63,811 nucleotides of DNA, filler included, from Chiloscyllium plagiosum (GCF_004010195.1; 4 parts of one record of this genome joined end to end with filler, not necessarily neighbours in it), one strand, 5' to 3'. Counted from the first letter of the whole stretch, positions 14,245-28,668 are shown. The notes: generated from the letters alone by a model not told the origin. Translations and numbers: made by a program.

Positions 14245-15879
14245 GGGGGGCAAAGGCCAACAACAAGAGAGAAGGTCCATAATAGGAAGGAAGCCAAGAG
14301 AGATAACAGGACAAATGGGTTAATGGTGAAAGGGAAACAAGAATTCATGAGATAAACCTTAAAAAACAAAAAAGGTGTTGCGAGATGGTGAAAATAGAAA
14401 AATCAAAATCACAAATAGTTGTTCACCAAACTAAAAGTGGCAGAAATGATGATCCAACATTATTGAATTTAATATCAAATCCTGAAGGCTGCAAAGTGCT
14501 AGTCTGAAACAAACTTAAACTTGTATGTTAAATTTCAGTGCAACAATCTCAGAGGTAGTGGTGTCAAAGAATTAAACTAATCTACAAAGCAGCCGCCCAA
14601 ACTACACCTGATGACTCCAGTAACCAGGTTGCAGGCTGATGAATACAAGTCAACTTCATTTAAAAGGGGAATTTATGACTGTGATTAGTGGGAAGGCATG
14701 AGTTGTTAAAGAGCAAATATAGAAACTCTTGTGTTTTTTGCATTTGTTCATGAGAAGTGGGTATCTCTGGCTAGGCCAGCATTTATTGCCTATATCTAAC
14801 AGCCTTCAAAAAGATGACGATGAGCAGTGTTTGTATTTACAGGTACTATGGGAAGGGATTGAAAAATGAACCAGGATAATATTGAGGGCGTGAAGCAGAG
14901 GATGTGTTTGGCAGTGATAAAAATGGCAAAGGATAATGTTTGGAAACTGCTGAGGACAAAGGGAGCCCTGTTGTGATTTTCAGAGGGAGAAGGAAGATTA
15001 ACAGGAGTTCTAGAAATGGAACAAACATTTTCAAGGGTCCAAATTGTTCAGCACAGAGGAGGGAATCCTTCATTGAGGAAAAGCAAAGTCGTATCAAAAG
15101 TACTGGCGTGAAAGATGGCATAATCAGAACAATAGAGATAGGCATCAGTTGTAAATTACTGACTAGCCTATTTCCAGATATAGAGACATTACTTCACATT
15201 CCTTCCCCGTGCATTGACATCCATCCATCCAGCATTCAGGCATCTTTTGCTGTTGTCCCTTCCCATTACACTGGCTATTTAACAACACAACTCTGTACAT
15301 TATCCATAAATCTAACATTTCATTCTCCCATGTATAACTGACACAGTTGTGGCACTGGAAATTTGTTTAACCCACAGCTTATGAGAAGAAATCTCAATAT
15401 ATCTGTTGTTTTGTGGCAAAGTTCTCGAATAATGATTTTGAAAGCTTCTGTAAAACCCTACAGATCTACTAAAGCTTTCAAAAACCTGAACTAGTCACTA
15501 GAATCAATGTATCTGATTCTGTCTTGCACATGACTGCAGTGTGTACAATGCTATTGATTCAAAAGCCTCTGAACAATCCTAAAAAATTAGTTACACGAAG
15601 AATCAATCCTATGTAACAAATGGTAAGTTGGCCGATCCATTCTCTGAGCAGTGAATGCCAAAAGAACCAACATGAGGAAAAACATTTTTTTTTAAAATGC
15701 TATGAACAGTTAGAATCTGGAATGTACGTAAGAGCGTAGTGTAGGCAGATAAAGTATGCAAGAGGACATCCCTAGATCAGCACCAGCCACTCCTAAAACA
15801 AAAATGAAGTGTCAACCTGGTGAAGTTAAACTTGTGTAGCAATCAGCACACAGCAAATGATGGACAAATCAAAGTGATT

Positions 15880-18400
15880 CCACAACAAATAGAATATTGA
15901 ATGTGCAGACCTGCCAATTGTGAATGACAGGGGGCAATTAAGCTACTCAATGGAGGAAGAGATTCCACAAATATCCCCATTCTCACTGATGGGAGAGACT
16001 AACGCATTGATCCAAAAGCCAAGACTGAAGTATATGCAACACATTCTGCCAGAAATGTCGAACGGATGATCCAACTCAGCCTTCTTCAGTAGTCCCCATA
16101 GATACCTGTCTTCAGCCAATTTAAGTCGCTCCACATGATACTAAAAAACGGTTGGAGGCACTGGATATCACAAAGATTTTGGGACCTGACCACATTCCTG
16201 TAATAGTACTGAAGACTTGTGCTCCAGAACCTGTCACTCCCCCAATCAATCTGTTCCAGTACAGCTACAACTTCTTCTCCGACAATGTAAAAAAATCACA
16301 CAGTATGTCTTCTGCATTAAAGTAGGACAAATTCAATTTGCCATTAACCATCCTATTGGTCATAGTATGGAAACAGACCCTATGGTCGGATTCGTCCATG
16401 TCAACCAAGTTTCCCAAGTACAACTATTACATTTGCCTACATTCAGCCTATATCCCTCCAAACCTTTTCTATTCATGCACCTATCCAAATGCCTTTTTTA
16501 ATGTCGTAACTATCTCCATCCACCACTTCCTCTGGCAGTTCATTCCAGACACTGGTCCGAGTGAAAAAGTTGACCCTTACGTCAGTTTTAAAAGTATGCC
16601 CCTTAGTTTCCAACTTCAGAAAAGATCTTGCAATTCACCTTATCTATGCCCCTCATAGTTTTATAAACCTCTATAAGGTTACCCCTCAACCTCCCACACT
16701 GCAGTGAAAGGTATCCCAGCCTAATGGGTGGCACAGTAGCTCAGCGGCTAGCACTGCTGCCTCATAGTACCAGGGACCTAGGTTCAATTCCAGCCTTGCG
16801 CGACTGTGCAAACTCTATACAAACATTCTCCCGTGTTTGTGTAGTTTCTCCGGGTGCTCAGATTTCCTCCCACTGTCCAAAATTGTGCAGCTAGTTGAAT
16901 TAGCTATGGGAAATAAAGAGAAGGGGCAAGTTCTAGGTGAATCCTCTTTAGACGGTCAGTGTGGACCCAATGGGCTGAAAAGCCTGCTTCCATACTGTAG
17001 GGATTCTCTGACTCTAACCATCATCTCCTTATAACTCCAATACTGACCGTATCCTAGTAAATCCTTTCTGAATCCTCTCCAATTTATTAATATCCTTCCT
17101 AAAGCAGAGTGGCCAGAACTGTACACGGTACTCCAGATGAGGCCTTGCCAACCTCTCTACAACCTCCACATGATGTCTAAACTCTTAGACTCAATGGTCT
17201 GAACAATGAAGGCAAGTGTGCGAAGCACCTTTTTAATCAACATGTATACCTGTGATGCAACTTTCAAATTACTGTGAAACTGAACCCCTCGGTCTCTCTA
17301 TTTGACAACATTCCCCAGGGGCCAACTATTAACTGTATAAATCCTGTTCACTTTATCAAAATGCAGTACCTTATATTTATCCAAATTAAACTCCATCTGC
17401 CACTCCTCAGCCCATGGTCCCAATTGATCAAGATCTCTTTATAATCTTTGACAACCTTCTTCACTGTCAACTACACCATCCATTCTGATATCATCCACAA
17501 ACTTACTAATCAAACCTCCTAAATCCTCCTAATAAAAAATTTAAAGTTATTCAGAATCAGTGAAAAATAATTCTCTGTTACTTGAAGTCATACCTGGCAC
17601 ATAGGAAAATGGTTGTGGTTGTTGGAGGTCAGTTACTTTTGCTGGAGTACTTCAGCATAGTGTCCTTGGTCCAACCATCTTCAGATACTTTATCAATGAT
17701 ATTCCTTACATCACAAGGTTAGAAATGGGGATGATTGTATACCGTTCAGCATCATTCATGACTCCCAAAATACTGAAGCAATCCATGTTCAAATACAGCA
17801 AGACCTGGATCACGTCCAGGCTCGGGCTATAAGTAGCAAGTAAACACTTGCATCACAAAAATTCTATGACCGTAGAGTATTATGCCACTCACCTCCTGAT
17901 CCCCCCTCCCAAGGCCTGTCCAATGCACAAGTTAGCAGTGAGTTAGAATACTCCTAGTAGCCTGGATAAGTGCAGCTCGAATAACACTCAAGAAGTTTGG
18001 CACCACCCAATACAAAGCAGCCCACTTAATTGGAACCATACCCACAAACATATATTCTGTCCACCACCAACACTCAGTAGCAGCAGTGGGTACCACCTAC
18101 AAGATGCACTGTAGAAATTCACTAAGGCTCCTATGATCACTACTATCTCAAAAAAACATAAGCAGCAGATACAAGGGAATACCACCAACTACAATACCCT
18201 CTCCAAGCCATTCACCTTTCAGGTCTGAAAATAGATTGCCATCCCCTTGGTGCCACTTGGTCACAATCCTGAAACTCCCTCCCTCAAGCCACTGTGGATA
18301 TCATTGAACCAGACTGCATAGGTTCAAGAAGCAGGTCACCATCACTTCCTCCACTGGGACAGACAATAAATGCTGGTCCAGCCCTATCCTATGAATGAAT
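15880..18400 (+). mobile_element. CR1/L2-clade LINE remnant interrupted by an inverted CR1 (about 16360-17530, minus) that itself contains a SINE
   Basis: Same family as 52930-53932 and 60664-61590 (shared aaagcaggacaa.tc.aa segment; ccaaccatcttcag RT region); nested order read from sequence continuity. Confidence 0.65.
16725..17010 (+). mobile_element. HE1-type SINE nested in CR1
   Basis: GGGTGGCACAGTAGCTCAGCGGCTAGCACTGCTGCCTCA head, GGTTCAATTCC B box. Confidence 0.75.
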
Positions 18401-18466
18401 TTAAAAATTACAATTGGGGCTTTCAAAAGGAGCTGGACATTGACTTCATGATGACAGGAATTTTCT

Positions 18467-18610
18467 AGGAGAAAGGTGAGAACTGCAGATGCTAGAGATC
18501 AGAGCAGACACTTTCCTCATTCCTGAAAAAGGGCTCATGCCCGAAACGTCGATTCTCCTGCTCCTTGGATGCTGCCTGACCTGCTGCGCTTTTCCAGCAA
18601 CACATTTTCA
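18467..18610. mobile_element. Short PLE family A insertion with inverted ends and 14-bp TSD
   Basis: GACAGGAATTTTCT at 18453-18466 and 18611-18624; hammerhead with mutated CUGAAAA box at about 18520-18555. Confidence 0.85.
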
Positions 18611-21600
18611 GACAGGAATTTTCTGTCTGATTTGTTATTGTAGAAAACTTGCATGGATACATTAGACTGCTTAGCTACCTGTCACTGTTCCATGATTCAA
18701 GGTCTGAGTCCCTTTGGAGATCACACATTTGTGTTCAATATTCCGGATTGTCCACCAGGTGCATCAGGATTATTAGTTCAGCCATTATTAGAAATTGTGT
18801 GAAAAGTCAAATGTCAGTTATTTGTTTGTTTGTAATATCTGGCTTATTAGTGATCAGTATCTTTAATTCAAAATGAACTGAAAGTTAGAACACAAAGTGA
18901 AACTTACACTCCCTCCACCACAAAGATTGGCAACTGTTTACATTGTTACAAGGTGTATCACAGCGACAAGCCAATGTGTCAATGACAGCATCTCTAAACC
19001 TGGAAAATCTTCCATCCAAAAGATTGCTCCAAGTGCCACAACATCATAACTTGGAAATATATCAGCGTTCTACTGTCTTTACTGGATCTGATCAATGGGC
19101 AACATGGTAGCACGGGCCTTCAACAGATAGGCTATGATGGTTCATGAAGGTGGCTTACCATCACCTTCTCGAGGACAATTAGGACCAAGCAATAAATGCT
19201 GGCGCTAAGCGGCACACTCATTACATGGGTAAATAGAAAAATAAGTATCGCAAACAACAAATGTAACGACTTATGACACAATGCTTCTTGGGTAAAGTCA
19301 ACAGGGGTTAAATATTAACTAACCTGTACAAGTCTAGTCTCAACAAGGAAACAATACTTGATGGCTCTGAAACTGAACCATTGATCTTTTAGCCATGTCA
19401 TCAATCCTATATGCCTTGAATTTAACCGAATGCCTGAATTTCCAGAAATGTATCAATCCATTTTAAATATATTCAATGCATTGTCTGCCATAGCCCTCTG
19501 GTGTACAGAAGGTCAAAGAGTTAACATTCTTGGAGTGAAGAAATTCCTCCTCATCGCACTTCTCAATAGCTTCTCATTTTGAGACTGTCTCACTTGGCTT
19601 TGTGCCCAAGCCACCATATACTCACATCCTAATCCCAACCACAACATACCACCTCTTGGCCCATATCGTACTCATAGCCAGAAGCATCCTTCCTGCACCT
19701 ACATTTTGAGCTCTCTAATTTTAAACACAAAGACCTGCAGATGCTGCAAGTCCGGAACAAAAACTATGTGTTCTGGAGAAAAAGGATAGGTCTGGCAGCA
19801 TCTGTAGAATTCTTTAAGAATTCCCTTTCCTTCAATCAGGTTACCTCACATTCTAATCTTCTGAATCTCTCCTCAAAATTCCAATATCCCAGATATTGGT
19901 CTGGGGAAGCTGTATAGCACTTTTTCATGGCTATATAAATTGCAGGGAGACATCTTTCCTTACATACTTAAATTCTTTTGCAATAAAAACCAAAATATAA
20001 TTTTGCCTTCCTAACTGCTTGATGTATCTACGAGTTAGCTTTCACTGACTTATGAATAAGGACATGCAGATCCCTTTGGAGATGAGGACTTCCCATTCTA
20101 TCATTATTTAAGAAATACTTTGCATTGCTGCTTTTCCTACAAGGTGGATAATTTCACACTTAGCCATGTTGTATACTATCTGCCATGTTCTTGCCCATTC
20201 AGTTGTAGCATGTACCTTGAAACATCTTTCTTCACAACTCATCATTGAGCATGAGAGAATGAGCTTGAGGTAGCTCAGATTCTCTCCTGATGGAATGATA
20301 AATTCATATCTGTCTCAGTTGGCTCCCACTAGGCTGCTGACATGTAGCGAGAACCTGTCAGAAGGAAATGAATGGGAGGGAATGATTCAATCATCCCATG
20401 CTCCCAGCAGGACAGCAAGATTCACTGGAAACATAAATTGTAGCACCTTCTCGAGATGTGCTCTCTGCACACAGGGCTCCCTACTGGTGATATAACATGG
20501 CAGAGTCATTCTTAAAGACACTGAAATTGTGGTAACAAAGAGAACAGTGGGAATACTAATGATCAGCAGCAAGAAGTCTCCCAGGAAAAGCTATATAGTT
20601 ACAGTTTACAGGAACAGTAGTCTGGGCAAATTCATTGGTGCAGATTTGTGAGGAGGAACAAGACTAGTCTGGTCCATTTGCCAACAGTCAGATAGCAACA
20701 GGCAAATGGGAAACGCATATGGACTTCAAGGGGATGTGAGAGCAGCAGTGTGGAAAAGTGAGGAGAAAGGGGTGAGTGAATGATAAAATTAACAGGAATG
20801 GGAGTAGTTAATGGCAAGGGCAGTGGGCAATAGAAAATGAGATGGCACCAATGGGAAAGGTGAAGGATTAATAACACAAGAGGAAAGACGGAGGAGGAAT
20901 AAATGAAGAAAATGGAAATGGACAGCAATAAAGGGTGGGGATTTATAAAAATAGAAGGCATTTTGATGACAGCGATATGGAGTAATGGAGTGAGGAAGGA
21001 TAGTGAATGGGAAAGCTATATGAACTGTGAAAAAAGCAATGGGGCATTGGATGTTATAAAAGCAGTGAAATTCAGGGCTCAGTTGCAGAAAAGGGCAATA
21101 GCGGGAACCGTGCACCCATGGAAGGAAGGACGTGCCAGAATGAACAATTGGGCAGGGAGTACAGAAGGGTAGCAGTAAAAGAACATCATGAACTCTTTGA
21201 GGAAGGAAAAAAGTATCATTTTGAAAGCAGTGCCATGGAAGATAAATATCAGCTTAACAGGGTTCAAGAGAGAAAACGATAGAATAAATGATGGAGATGG
21301 TCTGAACTGAATGCGACCATCGAAACATCTGGTCATATGGCTCACAAAACAAACACAAAGAATGCTGAAGAAATTCAGCAGTTCTGGCAGCATCTGTGGA
21401 GAGACAAACAAAGTAAATATTTCAAGTCTGGTCGGACTCTCTCTTGTAACTAATAGTGATAGAGCTGTTCAGTTTTAATGAGTCTGCTTGTCAGAGATAG
21501 TCTAACCATTCCCACATGTTTGGTGTCAGTCTAATTGTTATATTTCACATCTTTGATTACAGAATGTAATTTAACAAACAGATTTGATCACACAGTGTGA

Positions 21601-21834
21601 TAAAATTGCAATTAACCACTGCAGTTCAAGTTACATCCTCTCCAGTGAGTAATGATTTGCATACATAAAAAGAATCATTCTCAAACAAATACTGCACAAC
21701 TATCTGTCACATATTTATGTTATGCTCAAACTAAAACAAAACTACAAAGTGAAACATTTTCAAACTAGAAAATACTAATAAGCAGAACCTTTAAAATATA
21801 AATCAAAAATATAACAAAAAGAAATTTATCCTGT

Positions 21835-23530
21835 ATAGAAACAAAAATAGCTGGAGAAACTCAGCAGGTCTGGCAGCATCTGTGGAGAAAAAGCAGAGAT
21901 AACATTTTGGGTCCAGTGACCCTTCTTCAGAGTGAATGGTAGCTCAGAAAAGGTGGCATTTATGTGGAAGATAAGGGGTGGAGGGTGGGGAGTGGGTTCA
22001 TAGGGAGAGATAGACGCCAGAGAGAGAGAGGGAGAGAGGGAGAGAGAGTGGAAGAGAATAAGAGTGCGAGACTACAAGAGGGAGTATGTGTGGATGTGAG
22101 AGCGAGCGAGTGTTTGTGAGAGAGAGTATGTGCATAAGAGAGTGAAAGAGAGAGAAGATGACAGCGAAATAAAAGATGTATAATAGTATGCTCTGGCGAA
22201 AGAAAAGTTGATGAAAGGAGACCGTAAGTAGGTGAAAATGGTTTGGTTGTGTTGAAAGCAGCCCGTGTGCTGACAAGGTCTGACTTGTACGGGTGGGAAG
22301 GGACATGGAGTATGATGTGAAGGTTCTAAAACTATTGAACTTGATATTGAGTCCTGCAAGCAGCAAGATTTCCAAGTGGAAAATGAAATGCTTGCACTAA
22401 GCTTCCCTGAATCCTTGCAGCAACGCAGCCCTGTAGCAAGATCAATAATTTTAGAACCTGTACAACATCTTCCATGTCTTTCACCCATTCCCCACCCCCA
22501 TATCCCAAAAGCTCTGTAATGACATGGGCTGCTTTTGTTTACTTATAATCCCTATTATCTGCTTTTCTTCCTCCTGAGCATATGATTTTCCATCCCTTTG
22601 TCTCTTAACTGCCATTCTCTCTCTGTCTGTCTCTGGACGTCATCTCTGTCTATCCTCTACTTTGCTCCCCCCAACCCTTTGTCTTCAGCATAAATACCAG
22701 TTTGTCCTAGCTGCCATCAGTTCTGAAGAAGGATTAATGAGTTTTGAGAAGATTTGTAGCTCAGGTTGAGGTTCTGGATGTAAGCTTGCACGCTGAGCTT
22801 GAAGGTTCTTTTTCAGATGTTTCATCACCATACTAGGTAACATCATTAGTGAGCTTCCGGTGAAGCACTAGTGCTTTTATTCAACAGCAGCCAATTAACT
22901 TGAAAGACTCTGCACAGATAATAAGCAAAACAAACATCATTTACAAAATACCGTGCAAGAAATCTAACAAACACTACATTGCACAAACAGGCAGAAAACT
23001 AGCCACCAGGATACATCAATCTCAACTAGCCACAAAAAGATATGACCCACTCTCACTAGTATCTTTACATAAAGATGAGGAAGGACACCACTTCTACTGG
23101 GCCAACACATCCATTCTAGGACAAGCCAAACAGAGACAGATGCGAAAATTCCTAGAAGCACTGCACTCCAACTAGAACTCTATCAACAAACACAGTGACT
23201 TGGATCCCATTGGCCACCTCCTGAGAAAAAGAACAGGTAATGACATCACCACAGGAAATGACATCACCAACTCAAGGAAACCTGAAAACATAAATAAAAT
23301 GTGGGCAATACCACCACTGCTTCACTTGAAGCTCACTGATGACATTATCCAGTATGGTCAAGAAACGTCTGAAAATGAACCTTCTGGCTCAGCGAGCAAC
23401 TTACATCTGAACGAGGGTCAATGGATCCAAAATGTTAACTCTGATTCTCTCCTGAAATGCTGCCAGGCCTGCTGGGTTTCTCTGGCAATTTCTGATTTTT
23501 TTTTCAGATTTCCAGCATCCACAACTCTTT
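21835..23530. mobile_element. Composite PLE: fold-back element with a second PLE (family B) inserted in its plus-strand hammerhead
   Basis: Minus-strand hammerhead at 21900-21932; the plus-strand copy is split between about 22722 (ctgaagaagg) and about 23413 (gggtcaatggatccaaaatgtt). Confidence 0.65.
22740..23410 (+). mobile_element. PLE family B: GIY-YIG endonuclease fragment with inverted pseudo-LTRs
   Basis: ORF 22900-23175 NIIYKIPCKKSNKHYIAQTGRKLATRIH is a GIY-YIG motif; hammerhead-like CTGATGA...GAAACGTC at about 23336-23370 and an inverted copy at about 22812-22855. Confidence 0.85.
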
Positions 23531-23829
23531 GTTTTAATCTGGCGGTCATTTTCTCACATTTACCTAATACATCAAACCTGGTTCATGAACGTCCTTTTGA
23601 GAGAAGAGTATGCTGACCTTACCAGTTCTGGGCTACATGCAAGTCCAAACACACAGCAATGTGGTTAACTCTCAATTACCCTCATACATTGCCCACTTGA
23701 TGCAGGTCAATTCAGAACTGTAAACAAACACCAGCCTTTCCAGTATCATCTTCTGTATGAGCTGCTGCTATTAAGCTTGCTGCTACCATTTTCTTTAAAT
23801 ATGGGAAACCAAACCAGAAAACGTATGGA

Positions 23830-25410
23830 CATATTTATGAAGAGCAGCAAGGCTTTGTATTAGGGAGGTTGTATCTCACAAACTCCAGTGATGCTTTTTG
23901 AGTAAGTTACAAAGATGTTTGCTGAGGGCGGGGCAATGCTTGTTGCCCACATGGACTTCAGTAAGGTCTTTGATAAGGTCCGTTGTGGCTGGTTGATACA
24001 GAGGGGAAGTCACATGGGATTCACAGGGAGCTGGTAAGATGGATGCAACATGGCTTGCTCATACAAGATAGATAGTAGCAATGGATGCGTGTTTTTCTGA
24101 CTTCAGACCTATAACCAGCTGTGTTCCGCAGAGATCAGTGCTGGCGATGCCTGTTATTTGTAATATATGTAAACATTCGAAGTGGAATGTAAGTAGTCTG
24201 ATTAGTAAGTTTGCGGATGATAAAACATTGGGGGAAACTGTGGACAGTGAGGAAGATTGCCGCAGGATTTACACAGACTGCAGACTTGGCAGAGAAATAG
24301 CAGATGAAACTTAATCTGGACAAATGTGAGATTATATATTTTGGATGGTTAATGCAGGAAGGAAGCATTGTTATGAAGATGTAGCTATACTGCAACTTTA
24401 AGAGAGTTAAAAGCTAGCAGTGACAGCACCAAGTGTTCTGAATAAGACACAATGTAACATGTGGTCCAGCTATTGGAGTAGCTGGGGTAATTGGTTGGCG
24501 AGAGACAAAAACAGATTTGAATTCAGCCAATCAGTTTACACATAGCGCACAAAAAAGTAATAAACTCTAAACCAGTTTGAATTTAGTATATTGACAATCT
24601 TAAACGCCAAAGACACAATCCGATGCTTTGGGGGTATAAGACCTTGGAAAATTGAACAGTTGGGAGAACTGCCAAGCCAATGACATCTGCACATTGCCCA
24701 GAAAAATAGCTCTCCTAAAGGTACCTTTATCGATCAGTAACCTGTGAAGCAGAATCCCCAAGAAGAAAAGAAGACACCGAAAGACAGAGAAAACTGAAAG
24801 CTGACTGGTTTTGAGATAAGAAGTTTTGTTTTATAAATCTAAATCAGGGGTTTATCGGACTAGTATTGTAGAAAGGGAAGGTAAAAGATAGGTTGGAGGA
24901 AGGAGTTGTAAATAGTTGTTAGTAAATTATTCTCTGTTATGCTTTAAGACTTAAAGTTCTTAATTTTTACTTTAAACAGCTCTTGGCCTCTCGAATGTCC
25001 ACAGATTACTACACAGGATAAATCATTTCTGTGTTACTGGTTTTAAATTGGCAGAGGGGTTTACCCCGTGTCGTAATAGTATGCAGTAAATGACACAACT
25101 CTTAGAAGTATTAAAGGGCAGAGGAATCTTGGCATACATGTCCACATTTTCTTGAAAGTGGCAAAATAAGAGAATAAAGTGGTCAAGAAGGCATATGGCA
25201 TGCTTATCTGCATCTGTCGGGGCACAGATTATAAAAATTGGCAAGTCATGTTGCAGCTGTATATAACTTTAGTTAGGTCACATTAGGAACATCGTGTTTA
25301 ATTCGGTTGCCACACTACCAGAAGGAGAAGGAGGTTTTGAAGAGAGCTCAGAAAAGGTTTACCAGGATGTTGCCTGAATTGGAGAGTATTAGCGAGAAGG
25401 AGAGATGAGT
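23830..25410 (+). mobile_element. CR1 LINE ORF2 remnant interrupted by a solo LTR
   Basis: MDFSKVFDKV-like segment, SCVPQRSVL and SKFADD RT motifs. Confidence 0.8.
24369..25078 (+). mobile_element. Solo LTR, 710 bp
   Basis: Ends TGTTATGA...TCGTAATA (imperfect inverted termini); 4-bp TSD GCAT/GTAT; CCAAT (agccaatca) and TATA-like (gtataag) motifs; CR1 sequence resumes across it. Confidence 0.75.
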
Positions 25411-25904
25411 CCATTTGGCTCCTCAAATCTGCTCTTGTGATTTGCCTGATCGGATTGAGGCCTTAACTCTAATCACCTACCTCCTCCACATTTTTTGTCA
25501 AGGAAGACATTATGAGGGTGGCAAAGCTGCAGAAATTGAGAAGGGGTCTTCAATGTTCAATGTTGCGAAGTTGGTGTATGAAAGTAGCAAAATTGTACAA
25601 TGGGGGAAAGCATTGCGTGGTCCCCTTAAAAAATAGTGTTCTTTTTAGTGTTCAGAGATTTAAAAATTAATATTTATAAGCAGCTGCAGGTGATCAAATT
25701 GACACATTGTATCAAAAAACACATTGTATCAAAGTTAGCAGACCCAAACAGCATTTTACTCAGACAACAGATTAAATTCAGCTATTTAATTTTAAAAAGG
25801 CGCTTGGAAACTAAGGACCACTTAAATTTAAATCTGACGGTGATGACAATTTCAAACCAATCATATTGTGAGAACTTGGTGTATCATGGGTGTATATAAC
25901 AGGG

Positions 25905-26105
25905 TTGAAAATGTGTTGCTGGAAAAGCGCAGCAGGTCAGGCAGCATCCAAGGAACAGGAGAATCGACGTTTCGGGCATAAGCTCTTATTCAGGAATGAG
26001 GAAAGTGTACCCAGCAGGCTAAGATAAAAGGTAGGGAGGAGGGACTTGGGGGAGGGGCGTTGGAAATGCGATAGGTGGAAGGAGGTCAAGGTGAGGGTGA
26101 TAGGC
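25905..26105 (-). mobile_element. PLE family A pseudo-LTR, truncated by scaffold join
   Basis: Near-identical to 1-160. Confidence 0.8.
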
Positions 26106-26205
26106 NNNNNNNNNNNNNNNNNNNNNNNNNNNNNNNNNNNNNNNNNNNNTTAATTAATTAANNNNNNNNNNNNNNNNNNNNNNNNNNNNNNNNNNNNNNN
26201 NNNNN
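26106..26205. other. Artificial scaffold join N44-TTAATTAATTAA-N44 (also 50585-50684 and 57961-58060)
   Basis: Identical 100-nt construct three times; the spacer gives stops in all six frames. Confidence 0.97.
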
Positions 26206-26725
26206 TCTGGTCTCCTTCCTATCGGAAAGATGTTGTGAAACTTGAAAGGGTTCAGAAAATATTTACAAGGATGTTGCCAGGGTTGGAGGATTTGAGCTAT
26301 CAGGAGAGGCTGAACAGGCTGGGTCTGTTTTCCCTGGAGCGTCGGAGGCTGAAGGGTGACCTTATAGAGGTTTACAAAATTATAAGAGGCATAGATAGGA
26401 TAAATAGACAAAGTCTTTTCCCTGGGATCGGGGAGTCCAGAACTAGAGGGCATAGGTTTAGGGTGAGAGGGGAAAGATATAAAAGAGACCTAAAGGGCAA
26501 CCTTTTCACGCAGAGGGTGATACATGTATGGAATGAACTGCCAGAGGATGTGGTGGAGGCTGGTACAATTGCAACATTTAAGAGGCATTTGGATGGGTAT
26601 ATGAATAGGAAGGGTTTGGAGGGATATGGGGTGGCAGGAGGGACTAGATTGGGTTGGGATAGCTAGTCGGCATGGACTAAAGGGTCTGTTTCCACGCTGT
26701 ACATCTCTATGACTCTATGACTCTA
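26206..26725 (+). mobile_element. CR1 (HER1-like) LINE 3' end, relatively young
   Basis: ORF LERVQKIFTRMLPGL...LFSLERRRLKGDLIEVYKI...FTQRVIHVWNELP; (CTCTATGA)n tail. Confidence 0.92.
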
Positions 26726-27059
26726 TAACGGGATATACTTTGCACAAGGATTCCAGTGGTTCAAAAAGATGGCCCCTAATTCCTTCCATGGATAAGTTGG
26801 GCAGTATCAAGTATGTACCATAACTAAGTACAAATAGTGAGAGCAGAAATGGGTCTAACTGTGATGCTGTTTCTGCATAAACAGGTGCTGTCTAAGAGTA
26901 AATAACATTCTGATTTTTAAAAATTCACTTGTGGGACTTGGGCATTGCTGGCTGGCCAGCATTTATTGCCCATCCCTAATTACCTTTGAAAAGGTGATGG
27001 TGAGCTGCCTTCTTGAATTGCTGCAGTCAATGTGCTATAGGTTGACTTCATCTCCATTG

Positions 27060-27835
27060 ATCTTGATAGAGGTGTGTCCTCCACTTTTCTTTCTGAAGTC
27101 AATGATCAGTTGTTTTGTTTTGCTGAAGTTGAGAGAGAGAGATTATTACCATTGCACCATGCCACCATACGCCTTCCTGTATTCTGATGCATCATTGTTT
27201 ATATCCAGCCTACAATTTTAGTGTCATCAGTGAACTTGTAGATGGCATTCATACTAAATAGTCGTAGGTGCACAAGGAGTACAGTAGGGGGCTGAGAATA
27301 TATCCTTGGAGGGCATCAGTGTTGAGGATTATCATGGAGGAGGTGTTGTTGTCTATATTCACTGATTGCGGTCTGTGGGTCAAGAAGCTAGGTCTCTAAA
27401 TTATGAGATGAATTTAGTTTGGAAAAGTAGGTGGAGCTGTAGTCAATAAATAGGCGCCTGACGTTAGTATCCTTATTGCCTAGATGTTTCAAGAATGAGT
27501 GTGGGGCTAGGAAATGGCATCCGCTTTTGACATGTTGCAACGTTAGGCAAATTGCAAGGGATAGAGTCAGGCTGGGAGGTTGGAGTTGATGTGGCCCATG
27601 ACTAACCTCTCAAAGTACTTCATGGTCATCGAGGTCAGAGCAAACAGATGGCAGTTGTTTGAGGCATGTTGCATGTGTTTCTTCGTGAAGCAGGTGGGGA
27701 CTTCAGATTGTAATAAGGAGAGGTTGAATATGTCAGCAAATACTTCCACCAGCTGGTCCACATAGAATTTGAGTACCTGGCCAGTCACCCCATTTGGGCC
27801 AGTCGCTTTCCTCGGATTTATTATCAAGAAGGCCA
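27060..27835 (-). mobile_element. Rex-Babar LINE RT fragment
   Basis: NPRKATGPNGV...ADIFNLSLLQSEVPTCF...ALTSMTMKYFERLV in ORF 27567-27881. Confidence 0.8.
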
Positions 27836-28668
27836 ATCTGAATTCCAGGATTTTGACCCAGCAACAATGAAGGAATGCCAATATATTTCCAACTCAGGAT
27901 GGTGAGTGGCTTGGAGGGGAACTTGCTGGTGGTGGAGTTTCCATGTTTCCTGTGCTTCTATCCTTCTAGATGGAAGTTGTCATGGGTTTAGAAAGTGCTG
28001 TCTAAGGATTTTTAATGAATATTCCTTGTTGATATCACTTGAACTGATCAGCAAATAAACATAAGTATCTCTGAATCATTACCTCACTTTGGACTTTATG
28101 TAATGTTGAATAAAAAAGGTGAATGCAAGTTGGTAGTCTGGTTTATGTCTCTTCCAATTTTTATTTCTATTTCCTGTTTTAAGTTTACAGTATTACATGT
28201 AGTCAAAGGTATGCTCAATCAATGCCAGGGGTGTTTGAGTTGCTTGTGTTTCTGCTCGGATAAATTCAGCTATCCTGTGCTAACCGTGCAGTGATGTTTC
28301 ACTTGACGAGCATATAAATGTAAGGAAGGGGTGCCAGATTGTAGTCACAGTGATCCCTTGCGACCACTTGCTTCAAGCAAAGCTCTCCACTAGGAGCGCA
28401 GAAGTGCTGCATTTGTCTTCAACTAGCAGAAGTGGCGCTTTAGGCTCCTTGTCAATCTACTGCTGAAAGTCACAGGTCCTCAGCTGGCCATTACACTATG
28501 GTACATATTTTTATGAGAAGTTATTAAATCTTGCACAAGTGCTTTACCTTTGAAACAATTTGTTCAAAGAATAATGAAGATAGTGAAGTAATTAAAATGG
28601 CAAAAGATAAACTGGAGTCAGAGCATGTTTTTTCTTTCAAATTGGTGAACATTCAAAGACAATGATTT

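Noticed and set aside
26150..26161. Palindromic TTAATTAATTAA repeated three times
   Set aside because: Centred in identical 100-nt N spacers; an assembly linker, not biology.
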